59,775 bases of DNA, from the NCBI GenBank assembly GCA_041496385.1, contig JBGQEL010000018.1:1-59775 (forward strand). The letters are read 5' to 3'. The notes beneath the pieces were generated by a model. It was given only the letters and a program-made list of their open reading frames with translations. It was not told where the DNA came from and ran no database searches. Made by a program: the position numbers and the translations under genes. Origin of the DNA: Candidatus Methylomirabilia bacterium (GTDB lineage Bacteria > Methylomirabilota > Methylomirabilia > Rokubacteriales > CSP1-6). How positions within the stretch are numbered: position 1 is the stretch's first letter; each line of letters begins with the position of its first letter. Below, piece by piece: positions 1 through 11,389 of this stretch.

Positions 1-1
1 C

Positions 2-491
2 GAGTACTGGTGGCGCGCGCTCGCGGCCGTGAGCCTGCCACCCGCGCCCACGGTGCTATTGATCGGTCTCGGCGGCGGGACCCAGCTCCACCTGCTCCAC
101 GCCCGGACGCTGCCGAGCGCCGTGACGGTGATCGAGCGCGACCCGGCCATCCTCACCGCGGCGCTCGACTGGTTCGGCCTGCGGGCATTCGGCGGTGTCG
201 AGTACCTGGTGGGCGACGTCGAGCGCGTGGTGCCGTGGCTCGCGAGTGTGGGGCGACGCTTCGACTTCATCATGGAGGACGCCGTCTACGCCGAGCCGCC
301 CGCGCGCGCGCGGGCGCTCGCGCGCGCGCTCACGCCGCTGGTGGCGCCGGGGGGCGCGCTCGTGGTGAACCGCCACCGCCGCGCGGGCGTGGATGGTCTC
401 ACGGCGGCGCTCCGCCCCTTCTTCACGGAGGTCCGGGTGCGGCGCGTGCGCCGCGAGGGCGAGAACGTGCTCGTCTGCTGCCGGAGCCCGC

Positions 492-514
<23 letters not shown>
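2..514 (+). CDS. Spermidine synthase-like class I SAM-dependent methyltransferase (5' truncated by window edge)
   Basis: Frame open from position 2 ([10 protein letters not shown]...). Motif I LLIGLGGG, then VIERDP and FDFIMEDA. Confidence 0.7.
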
Positions 515-2171
<1,657 letters not shown>

Positions 2172-2173
2172 CG

Positions 2174-2620
2174 CTACGCCCCGCCCAGCAGCCGACGGTG
2201 CTCGGGCATCATGCAGCGGTCCTGGACCACGCGGATGCCCGCGCGCGCGAGCGCCTCGGCGGCGCGGCCGTTCCGGATGCCGAGCTGGAACCAGACCGCG
2301 CGGGGCTGCCAGGGGAGCGCCAGAACCTCGTCCGCGTGGCCCTCGAGGTGTTCCGGGCGGCGGAAGATCTCGACCACGTCCGTCGGCTCCGCAAGGTCCG
2401 CGAGCGTCGCCACCGCCCGGGCGCCGAACAGCTCGCGCACGGCGATCACCGGGTTGACGGGCAGGATCCGGTAGCCGCGCGCGTGGAGGTAGGCGGGGAC
2501 GTAGTACGCGGGCTCCCCGGCGCCGGCCTTGGCGCCGAGCACCGCGATCCGCTTCGCCTCGCGAAGGATCGCGGCGAGTCCCGCGTCGTCATCGATCAGG
2601 TTCTGTCGCCAGTCGGTCAT
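2174..2620 (-). CDS. CoA-binding protein (YccU-like)
   Basis: [37 protein letters not shown]. Start taken at ATG 2620. Confidence 0.88.
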   Translation of the reverse strand: MTDWRQNLIDDDAGLAAILREAKRIAVLGAKAGAGEPAYYVPAYLHARGYRILPVNPVIAVRELFGARAVATLADLAEPTDVVEIFRRPEHLEGHADEVLALPWQPRAVWFQLGIRNGRAAEALARAGIRVVQDRCMMPEHRRLLGGA

Positions 2621-2651
2621 CACGTGTGGCTCGCGCCGCCCATGCACCCTC

Positions 2652-3788
2652 TCACGCCCCTGCGAGCGCTGCAAGGACTTCGGCGCCGAAGGCGTCGGCA
2701 CGCCAGCGTCTGACGCCGTCCACGGCGGCGAGCTCGGCGACGTTCTGAGGCCCGGCGTGGGCGATGGCGCTGATGAGCCGGTTCGGCAGCACGAGGCCGG
2801 GCTCGAGGCCGATGCGCGGCGCCGCCTCGGTGCGCCAGATCCGCAAGCGCTCGATGCGACGCTGGACGACCGCGGCGATCCGCGGCCGCGGGTGGTGCTC
2901 GAGCACGGGCAGCTCCGAGTCCGGCAGCGCCTGCGCGCGCGCGATCGCCTCGAGGATCGCGTCGCCCCAGCGCTCGATCACCCGCGCGGTGCAGCCCTGC
3001 ACGCCCGCCAGTGCGGTTCGATCGGCCGGCGCGGCCACCGCGAGGCGCACCAGCGTCTCCTCTTGCAGGATCTTGAATGGCGGCCGGTCGGCGGCGCGTG
3101 CGAGACGCTCGCGGAGGTCGTGCAGCTCGCTGAGCACCGCGAGGCCACGCGCCGGGAGGTCCCGCGCGCCCTTCGCCGAGGCGAAGGCGTTCGGGTCGGG
3201 CGCGCGCTCCACCACGGACTGGCGCGCCAGCGCGGCGCACTCCTCCTCCACCCACGCGAGCCGCCCGACGCGGCGGAGCTCGTCCGCGAGCCGGTTCTTG
3301 AGCTCCGCCAGGTGGAAGACGTCGGCCGCGGCGTAGTGACGCTGCGCCTCGTTCAGCGGCCGCGCGGACCAGTCGTCGCGCTGGCGCGAGGGGGGCAGCT
3401 CGATGCCGAGGAAGCGCGTCACCAGCACGTCGAGGCCGAGCGCGGGCTCGCCGAGAAAGCGCGCGGCCACGTGCGTATCGAAGAGCCCGGCGAAGCGCAT
3501 GCCGTGGCGGCGCTTCAGATGCACGAGGTCGTTGTCGCCCGCGTGCAGCACCGTCGTCAGCCCGGGCGTCGCGAATATGCCGCCGAGCGGCGAGAGATCG
3601 TCCACCGCGAGCGGGTCCACGAGCCAGACCTCGCCGGCCGGAACCGCGAGCTGCACGAGCGCCAGGCGCTCGGGGTAGTGGTGGAGGCTGTCGCCCTCGG
3701 TGTCGAGCGCGACCTCGCGCGCGGCGGCCAGGCGCTCGGCCGCGCGCGCGAGGTCGGCGCTCGTCCCGATCCAGCTCGCCGAGATCAG
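2652..3788 (-). CDS. rnd: Ribonuclease D family 3'-5' exonuclease with HRDC domains
   Basis: ALDTEGDSLHHY, LHAGDND, FDT.VAA, DWS.RPL, YAAADV, two HRDC-like repeats. No canonical start codon near the domain N-terminus; CTG at 3788 proposed. Confidence 0.85.
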   Translation of the reverse strand: MISASWIGTSADLARAAERLAAAREVALDTEGDSLHHYPERLALVQLAVPAGEVWLVDPLAVDDLSPLGGIFATPGLTTVLHAGDNDLVHLKRRHGMRFAGLFDTHVAARFLGEPALGLDVLVTRFLGIELPPSRQRDDWSARPLNEAQRHYAAADVFHLAELKNRLADELRRVGRLAWVEEECAALARQSVVERAPDPNAFASAKGARDLPARGLAVLSELHDLRERLARAADRPPFKILQEETLVRLAVAAPADRTALAGVQGCTARVIERWGDAILEAIARAQALPDSELPVLEHHPRPRIAAVVQRRIERLRIWRTEAAPRIGLEPGLVLPNRLISAIAHAGPQNVAELAAVDGVRRWRADAFGAEVLAALAGA

Positions 3789-4597
3789 GTTGAGCGCTTC
3801 CGCGCGCGGATGGAGCGCTCCATCCGCTCGAACCGCCGGCGCAGGGGCTCCAGCCCCTCGTCGTGCGTGATCACGTAGAGCTCGCCCGAGCGAATGGCGT
3901 CGACGACCATCTGGGCCACCGCCTCCGGCGCGAGGTAGCGGCCCATCAGCTCGACGGGCTCGGGTCGGGTCGGGGTCTCGTTGCTGAGGTGGGCGGGGCG
4001 ATTCCGCTCGCTCTCGCGGATGCGGGTCGTCACGCCCATGGGGCAGAGCACGGAGACGCCGATCCCGTAAGGCTTGAGGTCCTTCGCGAGCGTCTCGGAC
4101 AGCCCGACGACGGCGTACTTGGTCGCGTTGTAGATGCCGAGGCCGGCCGTCGCGACCAGGCCCGCCATGGACGCCGTGTTGACGACGTGAGCCGGCTCCT
4201 TCTGCGCGATCATCCGCGGCAGGAACGCGTCGAGGCCGTGGATCACGCCCCAGAGGTTCACGCCGAGCGCCCACTGCCAGTCACGATGGGTCGCGGCCTC
4301 GAGGCCGCCCCACAGCGCCACGCCCGCGTTGTTGCAGAGGACGTGCACGCGGCCGAAGGCCTGGAAGGCGCGATCGGCGAGCGCCCGGACCGAGGCCAGG
4401 TCCGTGACGTCGGTGCGCACGGCCAGCGCCTCGGCGCCGCGCGCGCGGATCCCGGCCGCGACCTCGGCCATCCCCTTCTCGTCGAGGTCGGCGACGACGA
4501 CCTTCGCGCCGTCGCGCGCGAAGGCCTCGACCAGCGCGCGGCCGATCCCGCTCGCCCCGCCCGTCACGACCGCGACGCGCCCGCTCAGTGAGTCCAC
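3785..4597 (-). CDS. Short-chain dehydrogenase/reductase
   Basis: VVTGGASGIG, NNAG, YNATK. GTG start preceded by GGAGGTGA. Confidence 0.92.
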   Translation of the reverse strand: MDSLSGRVAVVTGGASGIGRALVEAFARDGAKVVVADLDEKGMAEVAAGIRARGAEALAVRTDVTDLASVRALADRAFQAFGRVHVLCNNAGVALWGGLEAATHRDWQWALGVNLWGVIHGLDAFLPRMIAQKEPAHVVNTASMAGLVATAGLGIYNATKYAVVGLSETLAKDLKPYGIGVSVLCPMGVTTRIRESERNRPAHLSNETPTRPEPVELMGRYLAPEAVAQMVVDAIRSGELYVITHDEGLEPLRRRFERMERSIRARKRST

Positions 4598-4730
4598 TCG
4601 TTCACCTCCGTCATCTCCATCCGACCAGTCAGCGTAGCCGGGCTTCCGGCCGGGGTCAACGCGACGTGGTAAGCTTCGGCGGCACCGCTGCCGGCATCGC
4701 TTCCGCATCGGTTCGGGGAGGAGCCGCTCG

Positions 4731-5171
4731 ATGGCGAAGGAAATCGCGATCGTCCACCACGCCGACCGCCGCGCCGACGTGGCCATGCCCTATGCGCCCG
4801 GGATCGTCGTCCGGCGCGGCAGCCTCGTGTTTCTCTCGGGGGTGACCGCCGCCGCCGTGTACCATCACCACCCGCACCGCGAGGAGGATTTCGATCTGCC
4901 GTCAACGATGGAGGCGCAGGCCGTGCTTGCGATGGAGAACCTCAAGAAGACGCTCGAGGCCGCCGGCTGCACGCTGGGCGATCTCGTCATGGCGACGCGG
5001 TATCTCACGAACGTGGCCGAACAGGACGACCTGAACCGCGTCTGGGCCCGCTACCTCGGCGGTCACCTGCCGACGACGACGACCGTCGAGGTGTCACGGC
5101 TCGCCACGCACGCGCGCTGCAAGGTCGAGATCAGCGCGATCGCGGTCACGGACGCCGAGGCGCGGCGGTGA
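4731..5171 (+). CDS. RidA/YjgF family enamine-imine deaminase
   Basis: LVFLSG, NL..TLEAAG, LN.VW..Y....PT.T.VEV..L, KVEI.AIA. Confidence 0.88.
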   Translation: MAKEIAIVHHADRRADVAMPYAPGIVVRRGSLVFLSGVTAAAVYHHHPHREEDFDLPSTMEAQAVLAMENLKKTLEAAGCTLGDLVMATRYLTNVAEQDDLNRVWARYLGGHLPTTTTVEVSRLATHARCKVEISAIAVTDAEARR

Positions 5172-6064
5172 GCGCAACGCTCGGCTTCGTCGGGCTCGGC
5201 GTGATGGGCGGGCGCATGGCCAAGCGCCTGCTCGACGCGCGGCACCCGGTGGTCGGCTACAACCGGACGCGCGAGAAGGCGCGCTGGCTCAGCGACGCCG
5301 GCCTGCGGCTCGTCGCGTCGCCCCGCGAGGTGGCGCAGTCCGCCGAGGTCGTCTTCACCATGGTGACCGACGCGGCGGCCCTCGACGCAGTCACGCGCGG
5401 GCCCGAGGGCCTCCTCGCGGGGCTGCGTCCCGGTGCGGTGCTGGTCGAGATGAGCACGGTGGGGCCGGAATCGGTCCGAGCGCTCGCCGCGGAGACGGTG
5501 GCGCGCGGCGCGGATCTGCTCGACGCGCCCGTCTCCGGCTCGCCGGCCACGCTCGAGGCCGGCCAGCTCTCGTTCATGGTGGGCGGGGCCGAGGCGACGC
5601 TCGAGCGGGCGCGTCCCTATCTCACCGCGATCGGGCCGACGATCACGCACGTCGGCGGCGTCGGCCAGGCCAAGGCCATGAAGGTCGCGATCAACCAGGG
5701 CCTCGCGGTGCAGATGCTCGCCTTCGCCGAGTCGGTGCTGCTCGCCGAGAAGGCCGGCATCACGCGCGAGCGCGCCGTCGAAGCGCTGCTCCGAAGCGTC
5801 GTCGCGTCGCCGATGCTGAAGTACCGCGGGCCCTTCGTCCTCGGCATGCCCACGGAGGCGTGGTTCGACGTGGGGATGATGCAGAAGGACCTGAAGCTCT
5901 CGCTCGATCTCGGCCGCGCCACCGGCGTGCCGCTGACGACCGTGTCGGTCACGAACGAAATGCTGACCGCGGCGCGCGGCCTCGGGCTCGAGGACTACGA
6001 TTTCGCGGTGGTCTTCGACGTCGTCGCGCGTCTGGCGGGCCTGCCGCCCAGCGCCAAGCGCTGA
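5168..6064 (+). CDS. NAD(P)-dependent beta-hydroxyacid dehydrogenase (3-hydroxyisobutyrate/tartronate semialdehyde reductase family)
   Basis: GFVGLGVMG, DAPVSG, K..IN, MQKDL. GTGA overlap with the RidA gene. Confidence 0.9.
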   Translation: MSATLGFVGLGVMGGRMAKRLLDARHPVVGYNRTREKARWLSDAGLRLVASPREVAQSAEVVFTMVTDAAALDAVTRGPEGLLAGLRPGAVLVEMSTVGPESVRALAAETVARGADLLDAPVSGSPATLEAGQLSFMVGGAEATLERARPYLTAIGPTITHVGGVGQAKAMKVAINQGLAVQMLAFAESVLLAEKAGITRERAVEALLRSVVASPMLKYRGPFVLGMPTEAWFDVGMMQKDLKLSLDLGRATGVPLTTVSVTNEMLTAARGLGLEDYDFAVVFDVVARLAGLPPSAKR

Positions 6065-6085
6065 CCCCCCGCCCATCCGCCGGCG

Positions 6086-6676
6086 TCACCGCGGGGTGAG
6101 CGTCGCGCGGCCGGCCACCGTGTCCACCGTCAGTGTGAAGGCGTCCAGCACGTCGCGCCCGAGCAGGCCGTCCACGGGGTCGGGCCGCCCGTCCGCCGGC
6201 AGCGCATGGACGATGACCGGCAGCGGGCCGAGGCGCGCGCCGGCCACGTCGAGCAGCGGGATGGTCACGAGGCTCGCTGTCGCCATGCCCGTCGCGCCCA
6301 CGATCCGGACCGGCTGCCCGGCTTCGCCGGCGAAGCCCGCGCGCTCGAGCGCCGCCGGCGAGATGACCGTCCTGTCGGCGCCCGTGTCCACGATCAGCGT
6401 GAGCGCCACGCCGTTGAGCCGGACGCCGACCGTGACGGGCGCGCCGCGCGTCGCTGGAATCACCGCGGGCGCCGACGGGGACGGCGGCGGCTCGGCCCGC
6501 GGCTGCGGGTGCGCGAGAACCTGCGCGGACGCGCGCGCGGCGGGCGGGATCGACTCGATGTCCGCGGTGTAGTGGATGATGCCTTCGGCGTCGATCCAGC
6601 GATAGAGGTCGGCCGCCGCGGGCGTCGCGACGCACCAGGTCGCCAGGACGAAGAGGGCGAGGCCGGCCGCGCGCAC
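6086..6676 (-). CDS. Secreted retropepsin-like aspartyl protease with N-terminal DUF4124-like domain
   Basis: Signal peptide, LYRWID.EG..HYT, IVDTGAD, GLLGRDVL. GTG start at 6676 after AGGAG. Confidence 0.82.
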   Translation of the reverse strand: MRAAGLALFVLATWCVATPAAADLYRWIDAEGIIHYTADIESIPPAARASAQVLAHPQPRAEPPPSPSAPAVIPATRGAPVTVGVRLNGVALTLIVDTGADRTVISPAALERAGFAGEAGQPVRIVGATGMATASLVTIPLLDVAGARLGPLPVIVHALPADGRPDPVDGLLGRDVLDAFTLTVDTVAGRATLTPR

Positions 6677-6684
6677 CGCGCTCC

Positions 6685-7884
6685 TCAGACCACGATCTTC
6701 CGCGCGCGGAGGCCCGCGATCTCCGCCCCCGTGTAGCCGTGCTCGGCGAGCACCTCGTCGGTATGCTCGCCGCGCAGCGGCGCGTGACGGCGGACGTCGG
6801 GGGTGAGGCGCGAGAACGCGACGGGCATACCGACCACGGGGATCTCCCCGAGCTTCGGGTGCCGCATGCGCCGGATGACCGTCCGGCTCGCGGTCTGGGG
6901 ATCGTTCAGCACCTGGTCCACCGTGTTCACGGGCGTCGCGGGCACGCCGGCCTCGTCGAGAAGCTTCAGCAGGGCATCGCGGTCGTGCCGCCCGATGGAC
7001 TCCTCGAGCGCCGTCTCCAGCTCGCGGCGATGCGTCACGCGCTCGACGTTCGTCGCGAAGCGGGGATCCTCCGTCATGGACGCGAGCCCGAGCGCCGACG
7101 CGAGCCGCCGCCAGAGCCGATCGTTGGCGCCGGCGATGAAGACCCACTGGCCGTCACGGCAGCGGAAGTTGCGGTAGGGCGAGAGCGAGGGGTGGGCCGA
7201 GCCGAGCGCCCTCGGCACGTTGCCGGCGAGCAGGTAGCCCTCGGCCTGGAAGTTCAGGAGCCCGATCGCCGTCTCGAGCAGCGACGCGTCCACCCGCTGG
7301 CCGAGGCCGGCCTTCTCGCGGTACAGCAGCGCGTTGACGACACCGAAGGCGCACAGAATGCCCGTCGTGAGATCGAGGAAGGAGACGCCGCAGCGGACCG
7401 GCGGACCGCCCGGCTCGCCCGTGATGGACATGATCCCGCTGAAGGCCTGCATCAGCGCCTCGTAGCCGGCGCCCCCGGCCCGCGGGCCGGTCCGGCCGAA
7501 GGCCGAGACGGAGCAGTAGACCAGGCGCGGGTTCTCGGCCGAGAGACGATCCCAGCCGAGCCCGAATTCCTCCATGGTCCCGGTGCGGAAGTTCTCGATG
7601 AGCACGTCGGCCCGGCGTACGAGCCGCCGGACGATCTCGACGCCGTCGGGCGCCTTGAGGTCCACGGCGATGCCGCGCTTGTTCCGGTTATTGACGAGGT
7701 AGCCCGCCGATTCGCCGTCCTTGTGCGGAGGCCAGGTCCGGGACTCGTCGCCGACCTGCGGGTCTTCCACCTTGATGACGTCGGCGCCCATGTCGCCGAG
7801 GAGCGCGCCACAGAACGGGCCCGCGAGCACGCGGGACAGGTCCACGACGCGGATACCGTCGAGTGAGAGGGCGGGCGTGGTCAT
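6685..7884 (-). CDS. Class III CoA-transferase (CaiB/BaiF family)
   Basis: VVDLSRVLAGP, GADVIKVE, NRNKR, ADVLIENFR. ATG at 7884. Confidence 0.93.
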   Translation of the reverse strand: MTTPALSLDGIRVVDLSRVLAGPFCGALLGDMGADVIKVEDPQVGDESRTWPPHKDGESAGYLVNNRNKRGIAVDLKAPDGVEIVRRLVRRADVLIENFRTGTMEEFGLGWDRLSAENPRLVYCSVSAFGRTGPRAGGAGYEALMQAFSGIMSITGEPGGPPVRCGVSFLDLTTGILCAFGVVNALLYREKAGLGQRVDASLLETAIGLLNFQAEGYLLAGNVPRALGSAHPSLSPYRNFRCRDGQWVFIAGANDRLWRRLASALGLASMTEDPRFATNVERVTHRRELETALEESIGRHDRDALLKLLDEAGVPATPVNTVDQVLNDPQTASRTVIRRMRHPKLGEIPVVGMPVAFSRLTPDVRRHAPLRGEHTDEVLAEHGYTGAEIAGLRARKIVV

Positions 7885-7890
7885 GTGCGC

Positions 7891-7897
7891 TACTATA
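7891..7897. promoter_or_regulatory. Overlapping divergent -10 hexamers for two leaderless genes (metH / CoA-transferase)
   Basis: 18-bp gap between the divergent ATGs. TACTAT (+) lies 6 nt before the metH ATG; TATAGT (-) lies 7 nt before the CoA-transferase ATG. Confidence 0.6.
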
Positions 7898-7902
7898 CCT
7901 CT

Positions 7903-10900
7903 ATGTCCTCGTTGCGCGACGCGCTCACCCGCAACATCCTCGTTCTCGACGGCGCGATGGGCACCATGCTCCAGGCCGCCGCGCTCACCGCCGACGATTT
8001 CGGCGGTCCGTCGTACGAGGGCTGCAACGAGCAGCTGAATCTCACGCGGCCCGACGTCGTCCGCCGGATCCACGGCGCCTATCTCGACGCGGGCGCGGAT
8101 CTGATCTCGACGAACACGTTCGGCTGCGCCCCCTACGTGCTCGGCGAGTACGGCCTGGCGGAGCGCGCGTACGAGATCTCGCGCGCCGCCGCGCGTCTCG
8201 CGCGCGAGGCGGCTCGGCAGCGCTTCGTCGTGGGCGCGATGGGGCCGGGCACACGCTCGATCTCTGTCACCCGCAACGTGACCTTCGACGAGGTGCTGGA
8301 GGCCTACGCGGTCCAGGCCCGGGGTCTGATCGACGGCGGCGTGGACGCGCTCCTGCTCGAGACGCAGCAGGACACGCTGAACCTCAAGGCCGCGGGGATC
8401 GGCGTCCGCCGGGCGATGCGCGAGGCGGGCGTGGAGGTGCCATTGATGATCAGCGGCACGATCGAGCCCACGGGCACGATGCTCGCCGGCCAGGGCGTGG
8501 AGGCGCTCTACGTCGCGCTCGAACACCTGGATGTCTTCTCGATCGGCCTCAACTGCGCGACCGGCCCCGAGTTCATGACCGACCACCTCCGCACGCTGTC
8601 GGCGATCGCGACGCGCTTCGTGAGCGTCTACCCGAACGCGGGGCTGCCGGACGAGCGCGGCCAGTACGGCGAGACGCCGGAGAGCCTCGCGTTCAAGATG
8701 CAGCGGTTCGTCGACGAGGGCTGGGTCAACATCGTCGGCGGCTGCTGCGGCACGACGCCTGCGCACATCCGGGCCCTGAAGACGCTGGTCGCCGGCCGCC
8801 CGCCCCGCGTGCCCGCCGCGAGCGAGCCGCAGGCCGTCAGCGGTGTCGAGGTCTTCTATCCGGCCGACGACAACCGCCCGCTCTTCGTCGGCGAGCGGAC
8901 CAACGTCATCGGCTCGCGCCGGTTCAAGGAGCTCATCGTGGCCGAGCGCTTCGAGGAGGCCGCGGAGATCGGCCGGGCCCAGGTGCGGAACAGCGCGCAG
9001 ATCCTCGACGTCTGCCTGGCCAACCCCGACCGTGACGAGCCGGCCGACATGGACCGCTTCATGGCACAGATCACGCGCAAGGTGAAAGTGCCGCTCATGA
9101 TCGACACCACCGACGTGCAGGTGCTCGAGGCGGCGCTACGCCACTGCCAGGGCAAAGCGCTCGTGAACTCGATCAACCTCGAGGACGGTGAGGAGCGGTT
9201 CGAGAAGGTCGTGCCGCTGCTGAAGACGTACGGCGGCGCGGTGGTCGTTGGCTGCATCGACGAGGACAAGCAGCAGGGCATGGCGGTGACACGCCAGCGC
9301 AAGCTCGCGGTCGCCGAGCGGAGCCACGACCTTCTGACGCGGAAGTACGGCATCCCCGCGCGCGATCTCGTCTTCGACGCGCTCGTCTTTCCCGTCGGGA
9401 CGGGCGACCAGAACTACATCGGTTCGGCAATCGAGACGATCGAGGGCATCCGGCTGATCAAGGAGCGGTTTCCGGAATGCAAGACGATCCTCGGGATCTC
9501 GAACGTCTCCTTCGGCCTGCCGCCCGCGGGCCGCGAGGTCCTGAACTCCGTCTTCCTCTACCACGCGACCAAGGCGGGGCTCGACTACGCGATCGTGAAC
9601 ACCGAGCGGCTCGAGCGGTACCCATCGATCCCCGAGGAGGAGCGGCGGCTCGCCGAGGACCTCATCTACTCGCGCGGGAACGACCCGGTGGCCGCCTTCG
9701 CCGCCTACTTCCGGGATCGGACGAAGGCTCCGGCGGCCGCCAAGAACACGCTGCCGCTGGACGAGCGGCTCGCGCGCTACATCGTCGACGGCAGCCGCGA
9801 CGGGCTCGTCGAGGACCTGGATCTGAAGCTCAAGGAGGCCGCACCCCTCGACATCATCAACGGCCCCCTGATGCGGGGCATGGACGAAGTCGGGCGGCTC
9901 TTCAACGACAACCAGCTCATCGTCGCCGAGGTTCTCCAGTCCGCCGAGGCGATGAAAGCGTCGGTCGCCCATCTCGAGCCCTTCCTGGAGAAGGCCGAGT
10001 CCTCGACGCGCGGCACGATCGTGCTGGCCACCGTCAAGGGCGACGTGCACGACATCGGCAAGAACCTCGTCGAGATCATCTTCTCGAACAACGGCTACCG
10101 CATCGTCAACCTCGGCATCAAGGTGCCGCCCGAGGAGCTGATCGCCGCCTATCGGACCCACAAGCCCGACGCCTTCGGCCTCTCGGGGCTTCTCGTGAAA
10201 TCGGCGCAGCAGATGGTCGTCACGGCGCAGGATCTCCGCGCGGCCGGCATCGATATCCCGCTGTTCGTGGGCGGCGCCGCCCTCACGAAGAAGTTCACCG
10301 CGACGCGCATCGCCGCGGAGTACGGCGGCCTCACGCTCTACGCGAAGGACGCGATGGATGGACTGGACCTCGCGAATCAGCTCTTCTCCGCGGTGACGCG
10401 CGAGCCGCTGGCGGAGCGCGTGCGGCGGGAGCAGGCGGCCCTGGCCGCGGGAGCCGAGCCGGGCGCCACGGTGACCGCGGCGCCGGTCTCCCCCACGCCC
10501 CGCGCACGGATCGAGCGCGCCACGGTGCCCCCGGCGCCCGATCTCGAGCGCCACGTCCTGCGCGACGTCCCGCTCATGCACGTCTATCCGTACCTGAACC
10601 TCCAGATGCTCTACGGAAAGCACCTCGGGCTGCGCGGGATCGTCGAGCGGCTCCTCGCCTCGGGCGACCCGAAGGCGCTCGAGCTCCACGAGATCGTCGA
10701 GGACCTCAAGCGCGACGCGGCGGCGGACGGCCTCTTCAGTGCCCACGGCGTGTATCAGTGGTACCGCGCCCGGGCGGCGGGCGACGCGGTGACGCTCTTC
10801 GACCCGTCCGGGCGCGAGCTGGCCCACTTCGCCTTCCCGCGCCAGCGGGACGGCGAGCACCTCTGCCTGGCGGACTACCTCCGAGACGACGAGGACGACT

Positions 10901-11307
10901 ACCTGGCGCTCTTCGCGGTGACGTGCGGGGCCGGCGTGCGCGACCTCGCCGGGCGCTGGAAGGACCAGGGCGAGTACGTCCGCTCGCACGCGCTCCAGGC
11001 GCTCGCGATCGAGTGCGCCGAGGCGTTCGCCGAGATGCTCCACGCCCGGTTGCGCACCCTGTGGGGCTTTCCGGATCCGCCCGAGCTGGCGATGAGCGAG
11101 CGGCTCCGCGGCCGGTATCGCGGCATTCGCGTCTCTTTCGGGTATCCCGCGTGCCCGAATCTCGGGGACCAGGCGACGCTCTTCAGGCTCCTCGCACCCG
11201 AGGGCATCGGCCTCTCGCTCACCGAAGGCTTCATGATGGATCCCGAGGCGTCGGTGTCCGCCGTCGTGTTCCACCACCCCGCCGCGAAGTACTTCAAGGC
11301 CGAGTAG
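7903..11307 (+). CDS. metH: Cobalamin-dependent methionine synthase
   Basis: DGAMGT, GLNC, GGCCGT (Zn/Hcy), pterin domain GERTN, B12 motif GDVHDIGKN..SGLL, C-terminal SFGYPACP reactivation domain. Confidence 0.96.
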   Translation: MSSLRDALTRNILVLDGAMGTMLQAAALTADDFGGPSYEGCNEQLNLTRPDVVRRIHGAYLDAGADLISTNTFGCAPYVLGEYGLAERAYEISRAAARLAREAARQRFVVGAMGPGTRSISVTRNVTFDEVLEAYAVQARGLIDGGVDALLLETQQDTLNLKAAGIGVRRAMREAGVEVPLMISGTIEPTGTMLAGQGVEALYVALEHLDVFSIGLNCATGPEFMTDHLRTLSAIATRFVSVYPNAGLPDERGQYGETPESLAFKMQRFVDEGWVNIVGGCCGTTPAHIRALKTLVAGRPPRVPAASEPQAVSGVEVFYPADDNRPLFVGERTNVIGSRRFKELIVAERFEEAAEIGRAQVRNSAQILDVCLANPDRDEPADMDRFMAQITRKVKVPLMIDTTDVQVLEAALRHCQGKALVNSINLEDGEERFEKVVPLLKTYGGAVVVGCIDEDKQQGMAVTRQRKLAVAERSHDLLTRKYGIPARDLVFDALVFPVGTGDQNYIGSAIETIEGIRLIKERFPECKTILGISNVSFGLPPAGREVLNSVFLYHATKAGLDYAIVNTERLERYPSIPEEERRLAEDLIYSRGNDPVAAFAAYFRDRTKAPAAAKNTLPLDERLARYIVDGSRDGLVEDLDLKLKEAAPLDIINGPLMRGMDEVGRLFNDNQLIVAEVLQSAEAMKASVAHLEPFLEKAESSTRGTIVLATVKGDVHDIGKNLVEIIFSNNGYRIVNLGIKVPPEELIAAYRTHKPDAFGLSGLLVKSAQQMVVTAQDLRAAGIDIPLFVGGAALTKKFTATRIAAEYGGLTLYAKDAMDGLDLANQLFSAVTREPLAERVRREQAALAAGAEPGATVTAAPVSPTPRARIERATVPPAPDLERHVLRDVPLMHVYPYLNLQMLYGKHLGLRGIVERLLASGDPKALELHEIVEDLKRDAAADGLFSAHGVYQWYRARAAGDAVTLFDPSGRELAHFAFPRQRDGEHLCLADYLRDDEDDYLALFAVTCGAGVRDLAGRWKDQGEYVRSHALQALAIECAEAFAEMLHARLRTLWGFPDPPELAMSERLRGRYRGIRVSFGYPACPNLGDQATLFRLLAPEGIGLSLTEGFMMDPEASVSAVVFHHPAAKYFKAE

Positions 11308-11319
11308 GTCCCACTCCCG

Positions 11320-11358
11320 AAAAACGCCACGAGCCCGGACCGATGCTCCGGTCCGGGC
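11320..11358. terminator. Stem-loop between convergent metH and the secreted-protein gene; probable terminator
   Basis: GCCCGGACCG-atgctc-CGGTCCGGGC (10-bp stem), with a T-run shortly downstream on the minus strand. Confidence 0.6.
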
Positions 11359-11389
11359 CCGCCGTGGATGTGAGGAGAGCGTCCGAGCG

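Noticed and set aside
7885..7902. Cobalamin or SAM riboswitch upstream of metH
   Set aside because: Only 18 bp of intergenic sequence, so there is no room.
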